Source: a virus
DNA: 64,000 nt
Direction: 5' to 3' (one strand)
Virus record (IMG/VR): IMGVR_UViG_3300036819_000331
Span: 26,588 to 90,587 of that record
The notes under the pieces are model-generated. The model did no database searches and had not been told where the DNA came from. It saw only the letters and a program-made list of their open reading frames with translations. This document shows, one piece after another, positions 27,072 to 37,115 of the stretch. Position numbers and translations under genes: made by a program. Numbering within the stretch: position 1 is the stretch's first letter; the number at the start of each line of letters is the position of its first letter.

Positions 27072-27773
27072 ATGACCACCTATTCGATGCTCGCCCCCGC
27101 GGCCAAGGCCGGATTTACCCAGCAATGCGCGTCCAGTACCACGTATACCGCCGATGCTTATGGCTTCATCACTGGAATCGCCCTGGCCGATGTCGGCGAC
27201 CTCTATAAAGGAGGCTGCATCCCGCTGGGCCAGTCCGGCGTGCGCAGCACGTTCAGCCAGACCGTCGATCCCAGTATCAGCAACGACAACACCCAGGACT
27301 TCGGCATCGGTTCGGAATGGTTCAACACCACGACCGGCCTGATGTGGCGCTGCCAGTCCGCTGCGACCGGAGCGGCGGTGTGGTTGCCGCAGGTTTCGTC
27401 CGGCGTGCTCGTGGGTCGCCTTATCGGCGCGAACATGAACGTCACGACCGACCAGGCCATCAACATGACGGGCTGGACGGCGCTCAACAAATTCCGTCTG
27501 ACCAAGGTAACGGTGAAAAACGCCAGCGTCTCGCTCACGACGGCAGCGGGCGGCATCTACACCGCTGTAAGCAAGGGCGGTACGGCCTATGTGGCATCGG
27601 GTCAGGCCTATAGCGCGCTGACCGGCGCAACGCTGGCGCTCGACCTTACCATCGCCACAACTCCCGGCGTCACGCCTCTTGCGGCGGCCAGCCAGCTTTA
27701 TCTGGCGCTGAGCACCGCGCAGGGCAGCGCAGCAACGGCAGACGTATATTTGTTCGGCGACGCCTACGTGTAA
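27072..27773 (+). CDS. putative virion decoration/structural protein
   Basis: Beta-rich, Thr/Ala/Gly-rich; between terL and portal. Confidence 0.65.
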   Translation: MTTYSMLAPAAKAGFTQQCASSTTYTADAYGFITGIALADVGDLYKGGCIPLGQSGVRSTFSQTVDPSISNDNTQDFGIGSEWFNTTTGLMWRCQSAATGAAVWLPQVSSGVLVGRLIGANMNVTTDQAINMTGWTALNKFRLTKVTVKNASVSLTTAAGGIYTAVSKGGTAYVASGQAYSALTGATLALDLTIATTPGVTPLAAASQLYLALSTAQGSAATADVYLFGDAYV

Positions 27774-27800
27774 AACTGAGGCCAGTAGCGAGAGTTTGCA

Positions 27801-29369
27801 ATGCCGGAGGGAGGAAAGGTTACGCCGATCTCCCCCGGCGTCGTTGCGCGCGTGACGCGTGCGGCACGATACGTCATCACTGGAAACGCCGACGGATGGT
27901 TCCCCGCAGGCCAGCCGCTCACTCCCCAGGCTCCTCCGGAAGTCCGGGGCCGCCAGTTCGACTACCCGACCTACGTCAATACGACCTATACGCCGCGCGC
28001 GGGCGAGCCGATATCCTTCCAGGATTTGCGCGGCCTCGCCGATAACTGCGACATCCTCAGCTCTGCCATCGAAACCCGCAAGGACCAGATGGAAGCGCTG
28101 GAATGGAATATCCGCATCAAGGCGGACGACAACAACAAGCGTACGACCGCAACGGCAGAGCAGCAGAAGCGCATCGACGCCATCACCGATTTCCTCCAGT
28201 ACCCCGACAAGATCAACAGCTGGGAGCAGTGGCAGCGCCAGCTCCTCGACGACATGTTCGTCATCGATGCGCCGTGCCTCTACAAGCGCAAGGACCGCAA
28301 GGGGCGTCTCTACGGACTCGAAATCATCGACGGCGCGAGCATCAAGATTCTGATTGACGACTCCGGCCGCAGGCCGCTTCCGCCCGATCCGGCCTACCAG
28401 CAAATCATCAAGGGCATGCCGGCGACCAACTACACCAGCGACGAGCTGCTGTATTGGATGCACAATCCCCGCAGCCATAAGGTCTATGGCCGCTCGCACG
28501 TCGAGCAGGTCATCCTGACTGTGAATACGCTGATCCGCCGGGCGCTGTTCCAACTTGAATATTACAAGGAAGGCAGCCAGCCCGACGCATTCTTGGGACT
28601 GCCGAAGGAATGGAATAGCGAGCAGATCATCGCCTTCCAGAAGAATTTCGACGCCATGATGGCGGGCAACCTCGCCATGCGGCGCCGCCTGAAGTTCATG
28701 CCCGGTGAGTTCAAGTACCAGGAGACGAAAGCCCCGCAGCTCAAAGACGAATACGACGAGTGGCTGGCGCGCATCATCTGCTACGTGTTTTCCCTTGCGC
28801 CGACGCCGTTCATCAAGCAGATGAACAGGGCGACGGCGGAATCATCGCATGATGCCGCGCTGGAAGAGGGCTTGGCACCGCTCCAGAAATGGATGCGCAA
28901 GAACGTAAACCGCGTAATCGCCGTAGATTTTGATTCCTCCGATCTCGAGTTCGCTTACGTTGATGACCGAGAACAGGACCCGCTGCAGGCGGCCCAGATC
29001 AACCAGATCTACGTCCAGGCCGGAATAATGTCGGTCGATGAGACGCGTGAGAATATCGGCTTAGTGCCGCTCGGTGGCGCTGCCGCTGTGGCAATGCCGC
29101 TCACAGCGACCGGGTTCGTCGCACCGAAAACTCCCGAAGAGCAGCAGGCAGATGCCGACGCTCAGACGCAAGCAATGCAGGCAGCTGCGGAGGCGCGCGC
29201 CAAAGCTGGGCAGAACGGAGCGCAGTCGAACGGTAATCAAAACGACCCGAAACACGGTGGGGGCGATGCGCCTCCTAGTAAGGATACGGACGACGCGAAG
29301 AAAGCAGCTCCTGCCAACTTAAAAAAAAAGCCCAACCCATATCTCCTCATGACCGGGCGCAGGCATTAA
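27801..29369 (+). CDS. portal protein
   Basis: LRGLAD..I.TRKDQ..F...PD..D..VIDA..IDG..I..DPAYQQI..G.S.VEQ..NRATAE. Confidence 0.9.
   Translation: MPEGGKVTPISPGVVARVTRAARYVITGNADGWFPAGQPLTPQAPPEVRGRQFDYPTYVNTTYTPRAGEPISFQDLRGLADNCDILSSAIETRKDQMEALEWNIRIKADDNNKRTTATAEQQKRIDAITDFLQYPDKINSWEQWQRQLLDDMFVIDAPCLYKRKDRKGRLYGLEIIDGASIKILIDDSGRRPLPPDPAYQQIIKGMPATNYTSDELLYWMHNPRSHKVYGRSHVEQVILTVNTLIRRALFQLEYYKEGSQPDAFLGLPKEWNSEQIIAFQKNFDAMMAGNLAMRRRLKFMPGEFKYQETKAPQLKDEYDEWLARIICYVFSLAPTPFIKQMNRATAESSHDAALEEGLAPLQKWMRKNVNRVIAVDFDSSDLEFAYVDDREQDPLQAAQINQIYVQAGIMSVDETRENIGLVPLGGAAAVAMPLTATGFVAPKTPEEQQADADAQTQAMQAAAEARAKAGQNGAQSNGNQNDPKHGGGDAPPSKDTDDAKKAAPANLKKKPNPYLLMTGRRH
29324..29330 (+). other. candidate -1 frameshift site A AAA AAG (portal to MuF)
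   Basis: Correct phase in the portal frame; -1 frame open into the MuF ORF. Confidence 0.55.
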
Positions 29370-29407
29370 AGTCCCGCGCGGCCATAAAGAGGCTCGCTGG
29401 GAAGGTT

Positions 29408-30091
29408 TTGGCGAAAACCGCCAGTTCGGTAGCCCGGCAGCTTAATACAGCGCTGGGCAAGCTCGCCAAGGCCGATGATGCCGACGACCAGTCGGATGGA
29501 ATCGTAAGCGAACTCGACCTCAATCTGCTGACGGGCCTCTCGGCAGTGCATCCGTGGCTGGAGGACGTGGCGGCGGATCGAGCCGGTGATGAGTTGCTAT
29601 CGCTTGGGATCTCCGAGGATACAGATTTCTTCAGCCACGCAAATACGCGCGCGGCAGATTACGCCAAAGACCGCAGCGCTGATCTGGTCACCCAGATCGA
29701 CGAATCCACGCGCGACATGCTCCGCCGGAAGATCGCCGACGGTATCGCCGCGGGTGCGATGCGGGAAGACATCATCGATTCCATCATGGACTCGGATATC
29801 TTCAGCGAGTCGCGCGCCACGCTAATCGCTGATACCGAAGTCGCGATGGCGAACGGGCAGGGGGGGCTTGCCGGTTACAAGGAAGCCAAAGCCGCGGGCG
29901 TGAAGTTGAAGAAGGTCTGGGTGTGCGATTCTGATCCGTGTCCTATCTGCGAAGAAAATGAAAACGCGGGCGAAATAGACGTTTCAGATTCCTTCCCAAG
30001 TGGCGATGATGCTGAAATCGCTCACATTAATTGCCTGTGTCACACAGAATCCGTGGTCGAGGATGACAAGGAAGAGGATGACGACGAATGA
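29408..30091 (+). CDS. MuF/SPP1 gp7-like minor head protein
   Basis: RA.LIA.TE...A...G...KKVW....CPIC..N..G.I....FPSG....AH.NC.C; only a TTG start. Confidence 0.85.
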   Translation: MAKTASSVARQLNTALGKLAKADDADDQSDGIVSELDLNLLTGLSAVHPWLEDVAADRAGDELLSLGISEDTDFFSHANTRAADYAKDRSADLVTQIDESTRDMLRRKIADGIAAGAMREDIIDSIMDSDIFSESRATLIADTEVAMANGQGGLAGYKEAKAAGVKLKKVWVCDSDPCPICEENENAGEIDVSDSFPSGDDAEIAHINCLCHTESVVEDDKEEDDDE

Positions 30092-30264
30092 CGATACTCC
30101 AAGCCATCAGCCTCCTCAACGGCACGGTGCCGAATGGCCTCGTGGCTGTGCAGCGCGTCATGCTGATGAACGGCATCGTCGATGCGGCACGCAACGGCGA
30201 TAAGGATGCCCGGCAGTTCATCGACCTTTGCGCCCTGAACGTCGCAACAGCAACAAGACACTAA
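30088..30264 (+). CDS. 58-aa hypothetical protein
   Basis: ATGA-coupled to MuF; below the ORF-track cutoff. Confidence 0.5.
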   Translation: MTILQAISLLNGTVPNGLVAVQRVMLMNGIVDAARNGDKDARQFIDLCALNVATATRH

Positions 30265-30339
30265 CGACCACCCATTGTTTGGTCACTGGCCGCTCTTAAC
30301 CGGACGGCCCATTTTTCACCCCTATCTTGAGCACCACCC

Positions 30340-32649
30340 ATGTCCGAGCTTCGGCTATTCGTTCCCATTGGGAAAGTCGATGCCGCGAAGCGCCTTGTGT
30401 ATGGGACGTTGACGGCGGAGACGCCTGACAAAAGCGGCGAAATTTTTGATTACGCCAGCGGTAAGCCCGCGGTGCAGGCCTGGTCCGATGAGATTAAGGC
30501 GGCCACGAAGGGCAAGTCCCTCGGCAACGTGCGCGCGATGCACGACAAGATCGCTGCTGGTAAGTTCACCGATATTGTCTACGACGACGAGAACAAGCGC
30601 ATTGAGGGCGCGGCGAAGATCATCGACGACGCCGAATGGGAAAAGGTCGTCGAAGGCGTTTACACCGGGTTTTCAATCGGGGGATCGTATACCAAGCGTT
30701 GGCAGGACAAAGACAATCCCAGCCTCTGGCGCTTCACGCCCGAACTGAGCGAAATCTCGCTCGTCGATAACCCCTGCGTCCCCACCGCGACCTTCGAATA
30801 CATCAAAGCCGACGGCTCGCGCGAAATGCGCAAATTCATCACCCATTCACACAAAGAGGATTCTATGGACCCCAAGGCACTCGCTGCCGCCAAAGAGGCG
30901 CTGGCAAAAGGCACCGCGACGGATGAGCAGAAAACGTTGCTGGCAAAAGAAACCGCCGAGCTGCTGAGAGCCGCGCAGGAAGCTGATGCCAAAGGTGAGG
31001 CCACCGATGACCAGAAGGCTCTCGTGAAAGCCGCGGCCGATGAAGCCGCGAAGGTCGTGCTGGTAAAGGACGGCAAGCCGGTGAAGCCCAAGACCGCGCC
31101 TGTGCAGGATAACGCGTGGATCGCCCCGACCGACGGCTCCCGCCACGCCACGAAGCGGGAAGCGGAGATCCACGAATTACACCTCGAAAAACAGGCCGAG
31201 CTCGCGCCTGGCCTCGCCCAGATGGACGCCCTGCTGAAAGGTGCCAAGACGCCCGCCGAGGATGAGGACGAAGACGCCGAAGGCGACGACGAGGACGCCA
31301 AGGCCAAAAAGAAGGAGCGCCGCGAGAAAAAGGCCAAGGAGAAGGCCGAAAAGGACGACGCCGAGATGGCGGCGAAGGCCAAGGAAAAAGAGGAGGCCGA
31401 CAAGGCCGCTGCGGACGAACTGGCGAAGAAGGCCAAAGAGCAAGCTGATGCGGCTGCCACGCTCGGCAAAAAGGATTACTCCGATAAGGAGCGCAAGGAA
31501 ATGGCCGACAAAGGTGAGGCCATGGCCGGCGGCGAGTTCCCAATCAAAACGAAGAAGGATGTCGAGGACGCCGTCAAAGATTGGGGCCGCGCAGGATCGA
31601 AACCGGACGTAAAAGCCCATATCATCGCCCGGGCAAAGGCTATCGGCGCTGAGGACGCGCTGCCTGACGGCTGGATAAAGAAGGATAAGAAGGAAAAAGC
31701 GACACCGACCGGCAAGCTCGAAAAGGGCCTGCATCAGGTGGGCTGGCTCGCGCGCATGCTCGATGAGTTGAACCAGTTCAAGGGCTGCGTGGCAATGGAG
31801 CAGTATTTCGAGGGCGACACCGATAGCGAGTTGCCCGCGAAGCTCAAGTCGCTCGTCTCCGAAATGTGCGAGTTGCTGGTGACCCTCGTGCAGGAAGAGA
31901 CCGAGGAATTGACCGAAGGTGACGACGACGATGTCGAGATCCTCGAAATGGCCGCCGGTCTTCCCGCCGGTCATCCCGAAGCGATCGCGAAGGCCGCGCG
32001 CGCCAAGGCCGAGCCGCTGGTGAAGTCGGACAGCAAGAAGGATTCCGAGTTCGGTGCTCAGCTGGTCAAATTCGCCGAAGCGCTTGAAAAAGCCGGTGCT
32101 CGTCATAGCAAGGCCGATGCGGAGCGCGTGCAGGCGCTGCATGACCATGCGGCTGATGTCGTGAAATGCTTCGGAGCAATGGCCGAGAAATGCACCGACA
32201 TGCACAAGGCGTCAGGAGAGGCGAAGAATACCGCCATCGATCTCGGTGCCAAAGGCGACCGCTACGAAGGCGAAGACGACACCGCAAACAAGAGCGCCGC
32301 GAAAATGAGCAAGCTGCTCGATGCGCTTCAGGCTGAGCGGGATAACGGCGCTGCGACAGCGAAGGTCCTGACCAGCACCTATGAACGACTTGAGAAGGCC
32401 ATCCCCCTGATTGAAGGCCTTCAGAAGCAGAATGCGGAATTCGTTTCGAGAATTGAACACCTGGAATCGCAGCCTGCTGCGCCCAAGGGCAATGTGAGGA
32501 CGATTTCCAAAGCTCAGGATAACGGTGATGCCGGTGGCGAAACCGAGGCTGAGTATCAGGCGAAGCTGGCGAAAATGAGTCCTGTGGAGAAGTCGCGCGA
32601 ACTGATGAAGCTCGCGATGGCCAACCCTCAGGAATTGCAGCGCCTGTAG
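30340..32649 (+). CDS. prohead protease (XkdF-like) fused to scaffold
   Basis: KVD..RLVYG..NVRAMH..AGK..W.KV..GVYTGFSIGG..EISLVDNP; charged coiled-coil remainder. Confidence 0.85.
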   Translation: MSELRLFVPIGKVDAAKRLVYGTLTAETPDKSGEIFDYASGKPAVQAWSDEIKAATKGKSLGNVRAMHDKIAAGKFTDIVYDDENKRIEGAAKIIDDAEWEKVVEGVYTGFSIGGSYTKRWQDKDNPSLWRFTPELSEISLVDNPCVPTATFEYIKADGSREMRKFITHSHKEDSMDPKALAAAKEALAKGTATDEQKTLLAKETAELLRAAQEADAKGEATDDQKALVKAAADEAAKVVLVKDGKPVKPKTAPVQDNAWIAPTDGSRHATKREAEIHELHLEKQAELAPGLAQMDALLKGAKTPAEDEDEDAEGDDEDAKAKKKERREKKAKEKAEKDDAEMAAKAKEKEEADKAAADELAKKAKEQADAAATLGKKDYSDKERKEMADKGEAMAGGEFPIKTKKDVEDAVKDWGRAGSKPDVKAHIIARAKAIGAEDALPDGWIKKDKKEKATPTGKLEKGLHQVGWLARMLDELNQFKGCVAMEQYFEGDTDSELPAKLKSLVSEMCELLVTLVQEETEELTEGDDDDVEILEMAAGLPAGHPEAIAKAARAKAEPLVKSDSKKDSEFGAQLVKFAEALEKAGARHSKADAERVQALHDHAADVVKCFGAMAEKCTDMHKASGEAKNTAIDLGAKGDRYEGEDDTANKSAAKMSKLLDALQAERDNGAATAKVLTSTYERLEKAIPLIEGLQKQNAEFVSRIEHLESQPAAPKGNVRTISKAQDNGDAGGETEAEYQAKLAKMSPVEKSRELMKLAMANPQELQRL

Positions 32650-32696
32650 CTATCCCTCCCTATTCCCATTAACCAATTCAATTTTTGAGGCTTTTT

Positions 32697-34226
32697 ATGC
32701 TCAGTCCCACGGCGGAAACCCTCGCGCTTACGCGCCAGGCACTCGCCAACAAAATGACGAAAGAGGAGGCCCTTGCAAAGGGCGTCACCGTCAGTACCGG
32801 CTTGGTCTATTACGACCTGCAGGCTCCCGCAAAGAACCTGTACCCGGTAATCACTCCCCTGCGCAACGCCATTCCGCGCGTCGGCCGCCCGATCGGGTAC
32901 GGCGACTCCGCGAAGTGGAAGCAGATCGCGGCAATCACTGGCTCCGGTTACGACGCGATGGGCTGGGTCCCGGAGGGCCAGCGCTCGGGCACGATGTCCT
33001 ACAGCGCAACGCTCAAGTCTTCCACCTACATGACGCTGGGTGAAGAAGACTACGCGACCTACGAGGCCATCTCTGCCGGCGAAGGCTTCGAGAACGTCGA
33101 GTCCACCGACAGCTTGCGCACGCTGCAGAAAATGATGCTCAAGGAAGAGTCCGCTCTTCTGGGTGGCAACGGCGGCGGTGTCCAGCTCGGCACTCCCACG
33201 GCTCCTACCCTCGCTGCTGCGGGTTCTGGCGCAACGCTTCCTGCCCTGACGTACTCCGTAATCGCAGTGGCACTGACCTATGAGGGCTGGCGCAATGCGA
33301 CTCTGGCGGCTGGCGTTGCAACCACCAAGACCATCACCGGTGCTGACGGCGGAACCTTCGTGCTGAACGGCGGCTCTTCCAATAAATCCGCCAGCACCAC
33401 TCAGGCCATAACCCTCGGCCAGACGCTTTCCGCTACCGTTCCCGCAATCCAGGGCGCGGTTGCTTATGCGTGGTTCGTTGGTGCGGTCGGCAGCGAGACG
33501 CTGCAGGCGATCACCAACATCAACAGCACGACCTTCGCGGCTCCGCTTACCGCTGGCCGTCAGGCTGCTACCGCCGTAACCGCCGACAGCTCGTCCAACC
33601 CCGGCCTGGCCTACGACGGCCTGATGACACAGGCGTTCAATACGAACAACCTCGCCTACGTCAACATCATGGCCACCGGCACTGCCGGCACGGGCACGCC
33701 GCTTACTGCGTCGGGCCGCGGCTCGGTGGTTGAGATCGACAACATGCTTCGCAGCATGTGGGACAACTACCGCCTCAGTCCCTCGGTTCTCTACGTCAAC
33801 AGCCAGGAGCTCATCAACATCACCAATAAGGTGCTGGGAACTGGTACGAGCTCGCTGCTGCGCTACGACGCCCCGGCAAACGGCGGCATGGCATCTCCCA
33901 TCGCAAGCGGTGTCATCGAATGGTACTTCAATCCCTTCGGCGGCGCCAATGCGGACGACGGCAGCACTGGCGGCGTAAAGATGCCGATCCGGGTGCATCC
34001 GAACGTTCCGCCCGGCACCATCGTTGCCTGGACCAAGGAGCTGCCCGCCTGGTATCAGAACAATGAGGTCCCGAACGTCGCGGAGGTCATCGCGCGCAAG
34101 GATTACTACCGCATTGACTGGCCGCCCCGCACCCGCAAGCGCGAGTACGGCGTGTATGCCGAGACGACACTCGCGGTCTATGCAACTTTCGGCCTCGGGA
34201 TCATTACGAACATCGCCAATGGTTAA
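32697..34226 (+). CDS. major capsid protein with inserted beta-sandwich domain
   Basis: Follows protease; YDL.APAK.LYP..TPLRN.IPRV start; central Thr/Ala-rich insertion; G.I.NI end. Confidence 0.85.
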   Translation: MLSPTAETLALTRQALANKMTKEEALAKGVTVSTGLVYYDLQAPAKNLYPVITPLRNAIPRVGRPIGYGDSAKWKQIAAITGSGYDAMGWVPEGQRSGTMSYSATLKSSTYMTLGEEDYATYEAISAGEGFENVESTDSLRTLQKMMLKEESALLGGNGGGVQLGTPTAPTLAAAGSGATLPALTYSVIAVALTYEGWRNATLAAGVATTKTITGADGGTFVLNGGSSNKSASTTQAITLGQTLSATVPAIQGAVAYAWFVGAVGSETLQAITNINSTTFAAPLTAGRQAATAVTADSSSNPGLAYDGLMTQAFNTNNLAYVNIMATGTAGTGTPLTASGRGSVVEIDNMLRSMWDNYRLSPSVLYVNSQELINITNKVLGTGTSSLLRYDAPANGGMASPIASGVIEWYFNPFGGANADDGSTGGVKMPIRVHPNVPPGTIVAWTKELPAWYQNNEVPNVAEVIARKDYYRIDWPPRTRKREYGVYAETTLAVYATFGLGIITNIANG

Positions 34227-34309
34227 CAAGTAGTTAACGACGTGCCTGTCAGTGCCCATCTCTTCGGGGGTGGGCACGCACAGATTCATCGCTGACCCAA
34301 GGAGTTCCT

Positions 34310-34582
34310 ATGGCTGAAAACCTGATTACCATGCAGCACGTCTCGAAAGGACCCGCTGCCTTCACCCACGCCCATGTGGCCGTCGAATCCGATGAGGACG
34401 GCATCATCGCCATCCCGGCTGAATTCACGACACAGGCGAAGGCGCATGGCTTCACGGCCATTGCCTCGAAACCCGCTCCCAAGCCGCTGGCCAAGGACGC
34501 GGGTGGCGCGAAGGGCGGTGACAAGAAGAAACCCGGCGACGCAGAGGACGCGGGTGGCGCGAAGGGCGGTGACGGCAAGTAA
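34310..34582 (+). CDS. small head-associated protein
   Basis: AAGGAG RBS; after capsid. Confidence 0.7.
   Translation: MAENLITMQHVSKGPAAFTHAHVAVESDEDGIIAIPAEFTTQAKAHGFTAIASKPAPKPLAKDAGGAKGGDKKKPGDAEDAGGAKGGDGK
34494..34573 (+). repeat. 29-bp direct repeat x2 inside CDS
   Basis: AGGACGCGGGTGGCGCGAAGGGCGGTGAC at 34494 and 34545. Confidence 0.9.
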
Positions 34583-35396
34583 TCAGCTCACTACGCTGGC
34601 GAACGTCAAAGCGTGGGCGGGTGTCACCACCTCCAGCGATGACACGCTGCTGAACCGCCTGATCGCATCTGCAAGCCGCTTCATCCTCTCCTACCTCCAG
34701 CGGCCGACGCTCTTCGAGTACGTCTTCACCGACGTCTATGACGGCGTCGGCCAGCGGCAGCAAATTCTGCGGCACTGGCCGGTGCTTTCTATCGCGACGC
34801 TGCTCATTGGGAACCAGACGATCCCAGCCGCACCATCGCCTTTCACCGGCTACGGCTGTGGATACGTCCTCGACCCGTGGGACGGCTTTCCTCCCGGCAG
34901 GCCGCAGGCGCTCTCACTGCGCGGCCATGAATTCTGGCGCGGATACAGCAATGTCGAGGTGACCTACACAGCCGGTTTCGTCGTGCAGAACGAGGCGCAG
35001 ACCGTTCCAACCACGCCGTATCAGGTGACAGTAAACGCTCCGAACGGCAACTGGGCTGTCGATCAGGGTGTTACCTATGCGAATGGCACGCCATTGACGC
35101 CTGTGGCGAGCGCTCCTTCGGTCGGCCAATATATCGCGCCGACGTCGACGAACGCCTTCTACCAATTCGCCGCGGCCGACGCGAACGCCTCGGTGCTCAT
35201 CTCCTACAGCTACATCCCCGCCGACATCGAGCAGGCCTGTATCGAGATGGTCAGTGAGCGCTACAAGTACAAAGACCGCATTGGCCAGGTGAGTAAGAGC
35301 CTCGGCGGGCAGGAGACAGTATCGTTCAGCCAGAAGAACATGCCGGATTTCATTACGACGCTGTTGCAGCCGTACCGGCGCGTCATCCTCGTCTAA
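34569..35396 (+). CDS. head-tail connector (gp6-like) with inserted domain
   Basis: LTTL..VKAW..DD.LL.RLI.SAS; V.YTAG; P.DIEQACIE..L.PYR; GTG start 34569. Confidence 0.8.
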   Translation: MTASNQLTTLANVKAWAGVTTSSDDTLLNRLIASASRFILSYLQRPTLFEYVFTDVYDGVGQRQQILRHWPVLSIATLLIGNQTIPAAPSPFTGYGCGYVLDPWDGFPPGRPQALSLRGHEFWRGYSNVEVTYTAGFVVQNEAQTVPTTPYQVTVNAPNGNWAVDQGVTYANGTPLTPVASAPSVGQYIAPTSTNAFYQFAAADANASVLISYSYIPADIEQACIEMVSERYKYKDRIGQVSKSLGGQETVSFSQKNMPDFITTLLQPYRRVILV

Positions 35397-35408
35397 CGGA
35401 GAGTTCCG

Positions 35409-35882
35409 GTGATCTCAATCGCAGTTGATGACCGTGTCATCATGGCGCGGCTTGCGGCGATGCCGGATAAGCTCCGCGCGCGATTGCTGAAGACCACCTA
35501 TGCCCTCGCCGAAAAGCTTAAGAGTAAGGTCCAGCAAAACCTGACGAACCGGCTGCTGAAGATTCAGACCGGTAAGTTGGTGCGCAGCATCTTCGAGCAG
35601 GTCACGAACGGGACAAACGAAGTTGCCGGGCGCGTGTTTTCGAGCGGGCTGCCCTATGCGGCCATCCAGGAGTTCGGCGGTCAAACGAAAGCCCATATCA
35701 TCGAAGCGAAGAACGGCAAGGCCCTCATGTTCAACATGGGTGGAAAGGCTGTCTTCTTCAAACGGGTGCATCATCCCGGCTCGAACATCAAGGGCGCACA
35801 TTACATGGGCGAGGCCTTCAAGGAAATGACGCCGGAAATTCAGGCGAGCTATGAACAGGCGGTGAGCCAGGGGACGAAATAG
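35409..35882 (+). CDS. neck protein (HK97 gp10 / virion morphogenesis-like)
   Basis: TG.L.RSI..YA.IQEFGG...H.I..K..KAL.F..V.HPG. Confidence 0.75.
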   Translation: MISIAVDDRVIMARLAAMPDKLRARLLKTTYALAEKLKSKVQQNLTNRLLKIQTGKLVRSIFEQVTNGTNEVAGRVFSSGLPYAAIQEFGGQTKAHIIEAKNGKALMFNMGGKAVFFKRVHHPGSNIKGAHYMGEAFKEMTPEIQASYEQAVSQGTK

Positions 35883-36317
35883 ATGGCGGCCACACGCGAG
35901 CAAATAATGCAGGCGCTGTTTGCGCTCGTGTCCGGGTCCGCGTCCTTCATCACGGCATCGCGCCGCCTCCGGCTCTGGACGGATGTTCCCGCTTCGGAGC
36001 GCCCGGCCATCTTCCAGTATGAGCGGGATGACACCTACACGCTGGGCCAGCAGTACACGCAACGCGTCGAAATGAACGTCGATCTGTACATCTACACAGC
36101 ACCCGGCAATGACAGCGGCGTGATACCAATCTCGATCCTCAACCCGCTGGTCGACGCGGTAGACGCAGCCCTTAAGCCCAGCATCGTGACGCGCAGGCAG
36201 ACGCTTGGCGGCCTGGTGTCGCATTGCTACATCGACGGCAAAATTATGAAAGACCCCGGCGACATCGACGGCGACGGAATCGCGGTCATTCCGGTGAAAA
36301 TCCTCGCGACGGTTTAA
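35883..36317 (+). CDS. tail terminator-like protein
   Basis: REQI..AL; QTLGGLV; position before tail tube. Confidence 0.7.
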   Translation: MAATREQIMQALFALVSGSASFITASRRLRLWTDVPASERPAIFQYERDDTYTLGQQYTQRVEMNVDLYIYTAPGNDSGVIPISILNPLVDAVDAALKPSIVTRRQTLGGLVSHCYIDGKIMKDPGDIDGDGIAVIPVKILATV

Positions 36318-36346
36318 CCCTTCTTCCTTTTTAAGGAGTATCCCTC

Positions 36347-37111
36347 ATGACGGCTAATAATCCTCCCGGCCTTGGCTTTAACTCTGGCTGGGCGTTCCAG
36401 ATCGACGGCGACACTGTGCCGACTCCCACGCAATTCAAGATTCTCCAGAGCGCTTCGCTAGATTTCAAGAGCACGACGAAAGATCTCTTTGGACAAAACA
36501 TTTTTCCCGTTGCGGTTGGGCGGTCACAGATAAAGACCGAGGGCAAGCTCAAGTTCGCCGATTATCAGGGCCGATATATCAGGGATTTCGTTGGGGCTCC
36601 CAATAACTCGCTAATGGTCGCAGGCCAGACGCTTGTGGCCCTCAACGAGGCGGGCACTGTCGGCACCAGCCCATTCACGTATCAGACAACGAACCATACG
36701 ACTCAGGTTCTCGACCTCGGCGTGGTGTATGCGACCACGGGCATTCCGCTCACCCTAGTCGCTTCTTCGCCGACACAGGGCCAGTATTCGGTTTCCGCTG
36801 GCACCTACACCTTCAACTCCGCAGATTCCGGCGTGTCTGTCTATGTGTCCTACACCTACACGGTATCGACCGCGGGCGACAGCGTGACCATCAGCAATAC
36901 GCAGGCGGGCGCGGCAAACTCGTTCCAGACCGTATTTGGCGCGGGTTACAACGGGCTCCAGACCAACTTCATCCTCAACGCCTGCATCCCCACGGACCTT
37001 AAGATCGCCGACTTCAAGATAGGCGATTTCTCCATGCCCGAATTGGGATTCAGCGCGGTCTGCAATGCGGCCGGGGTGCTCGGAACGATCAGCGTGCCCG
37101 TCACCAGCTAA
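36347..37111 (+). CDS. major tail tube protein
   Basis: Position; LQ..SLDF...K.LFGQ..FPVAV; DF.MPE..F. Confidence 0.75.
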   Translation: MTANNPPGLGFNSGWAFQIDGDTVPTPTQFKILQSASLDFKSTTKDLFGQNIFPVAVGRSQIKTEGKLKFADYQGRYIRDFVGAPNNSLMVAGQTLVALNEAGTVGTSPFTYQTTNHTTQVLDLGVVYATTGIPLTLVASSPTQGQYSVSAGTYTFNSADSGVSVYVSYTYTVSTAGDSVTISNTQAGAANSFQTVFGAGYNGLQTNFILNACIPTDLKIADFKIGDFSMPELGFSAVCNAAGVLGTISVPVTS

Positions 37112-37115
37112 GGTT

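Noticed and set aside
26541-28553. Long antisense ORFs (also 1117-2016, 11530-12861, 32628-34289, 52691-53923)
   Set aside because: Shadow frames of well-supported genes in GC-rich DNA; Arg/His-rich, no motifs, no coupling
34251-34276. Terminator after the capsid gene
   Set aside because: Stable UUCG hairpin but no U-tract; more likely an mRNA stabiliser
34494-34573. CRISPR array
   Set aside because: Only two copies, in frame inside a CDS, no cas genes
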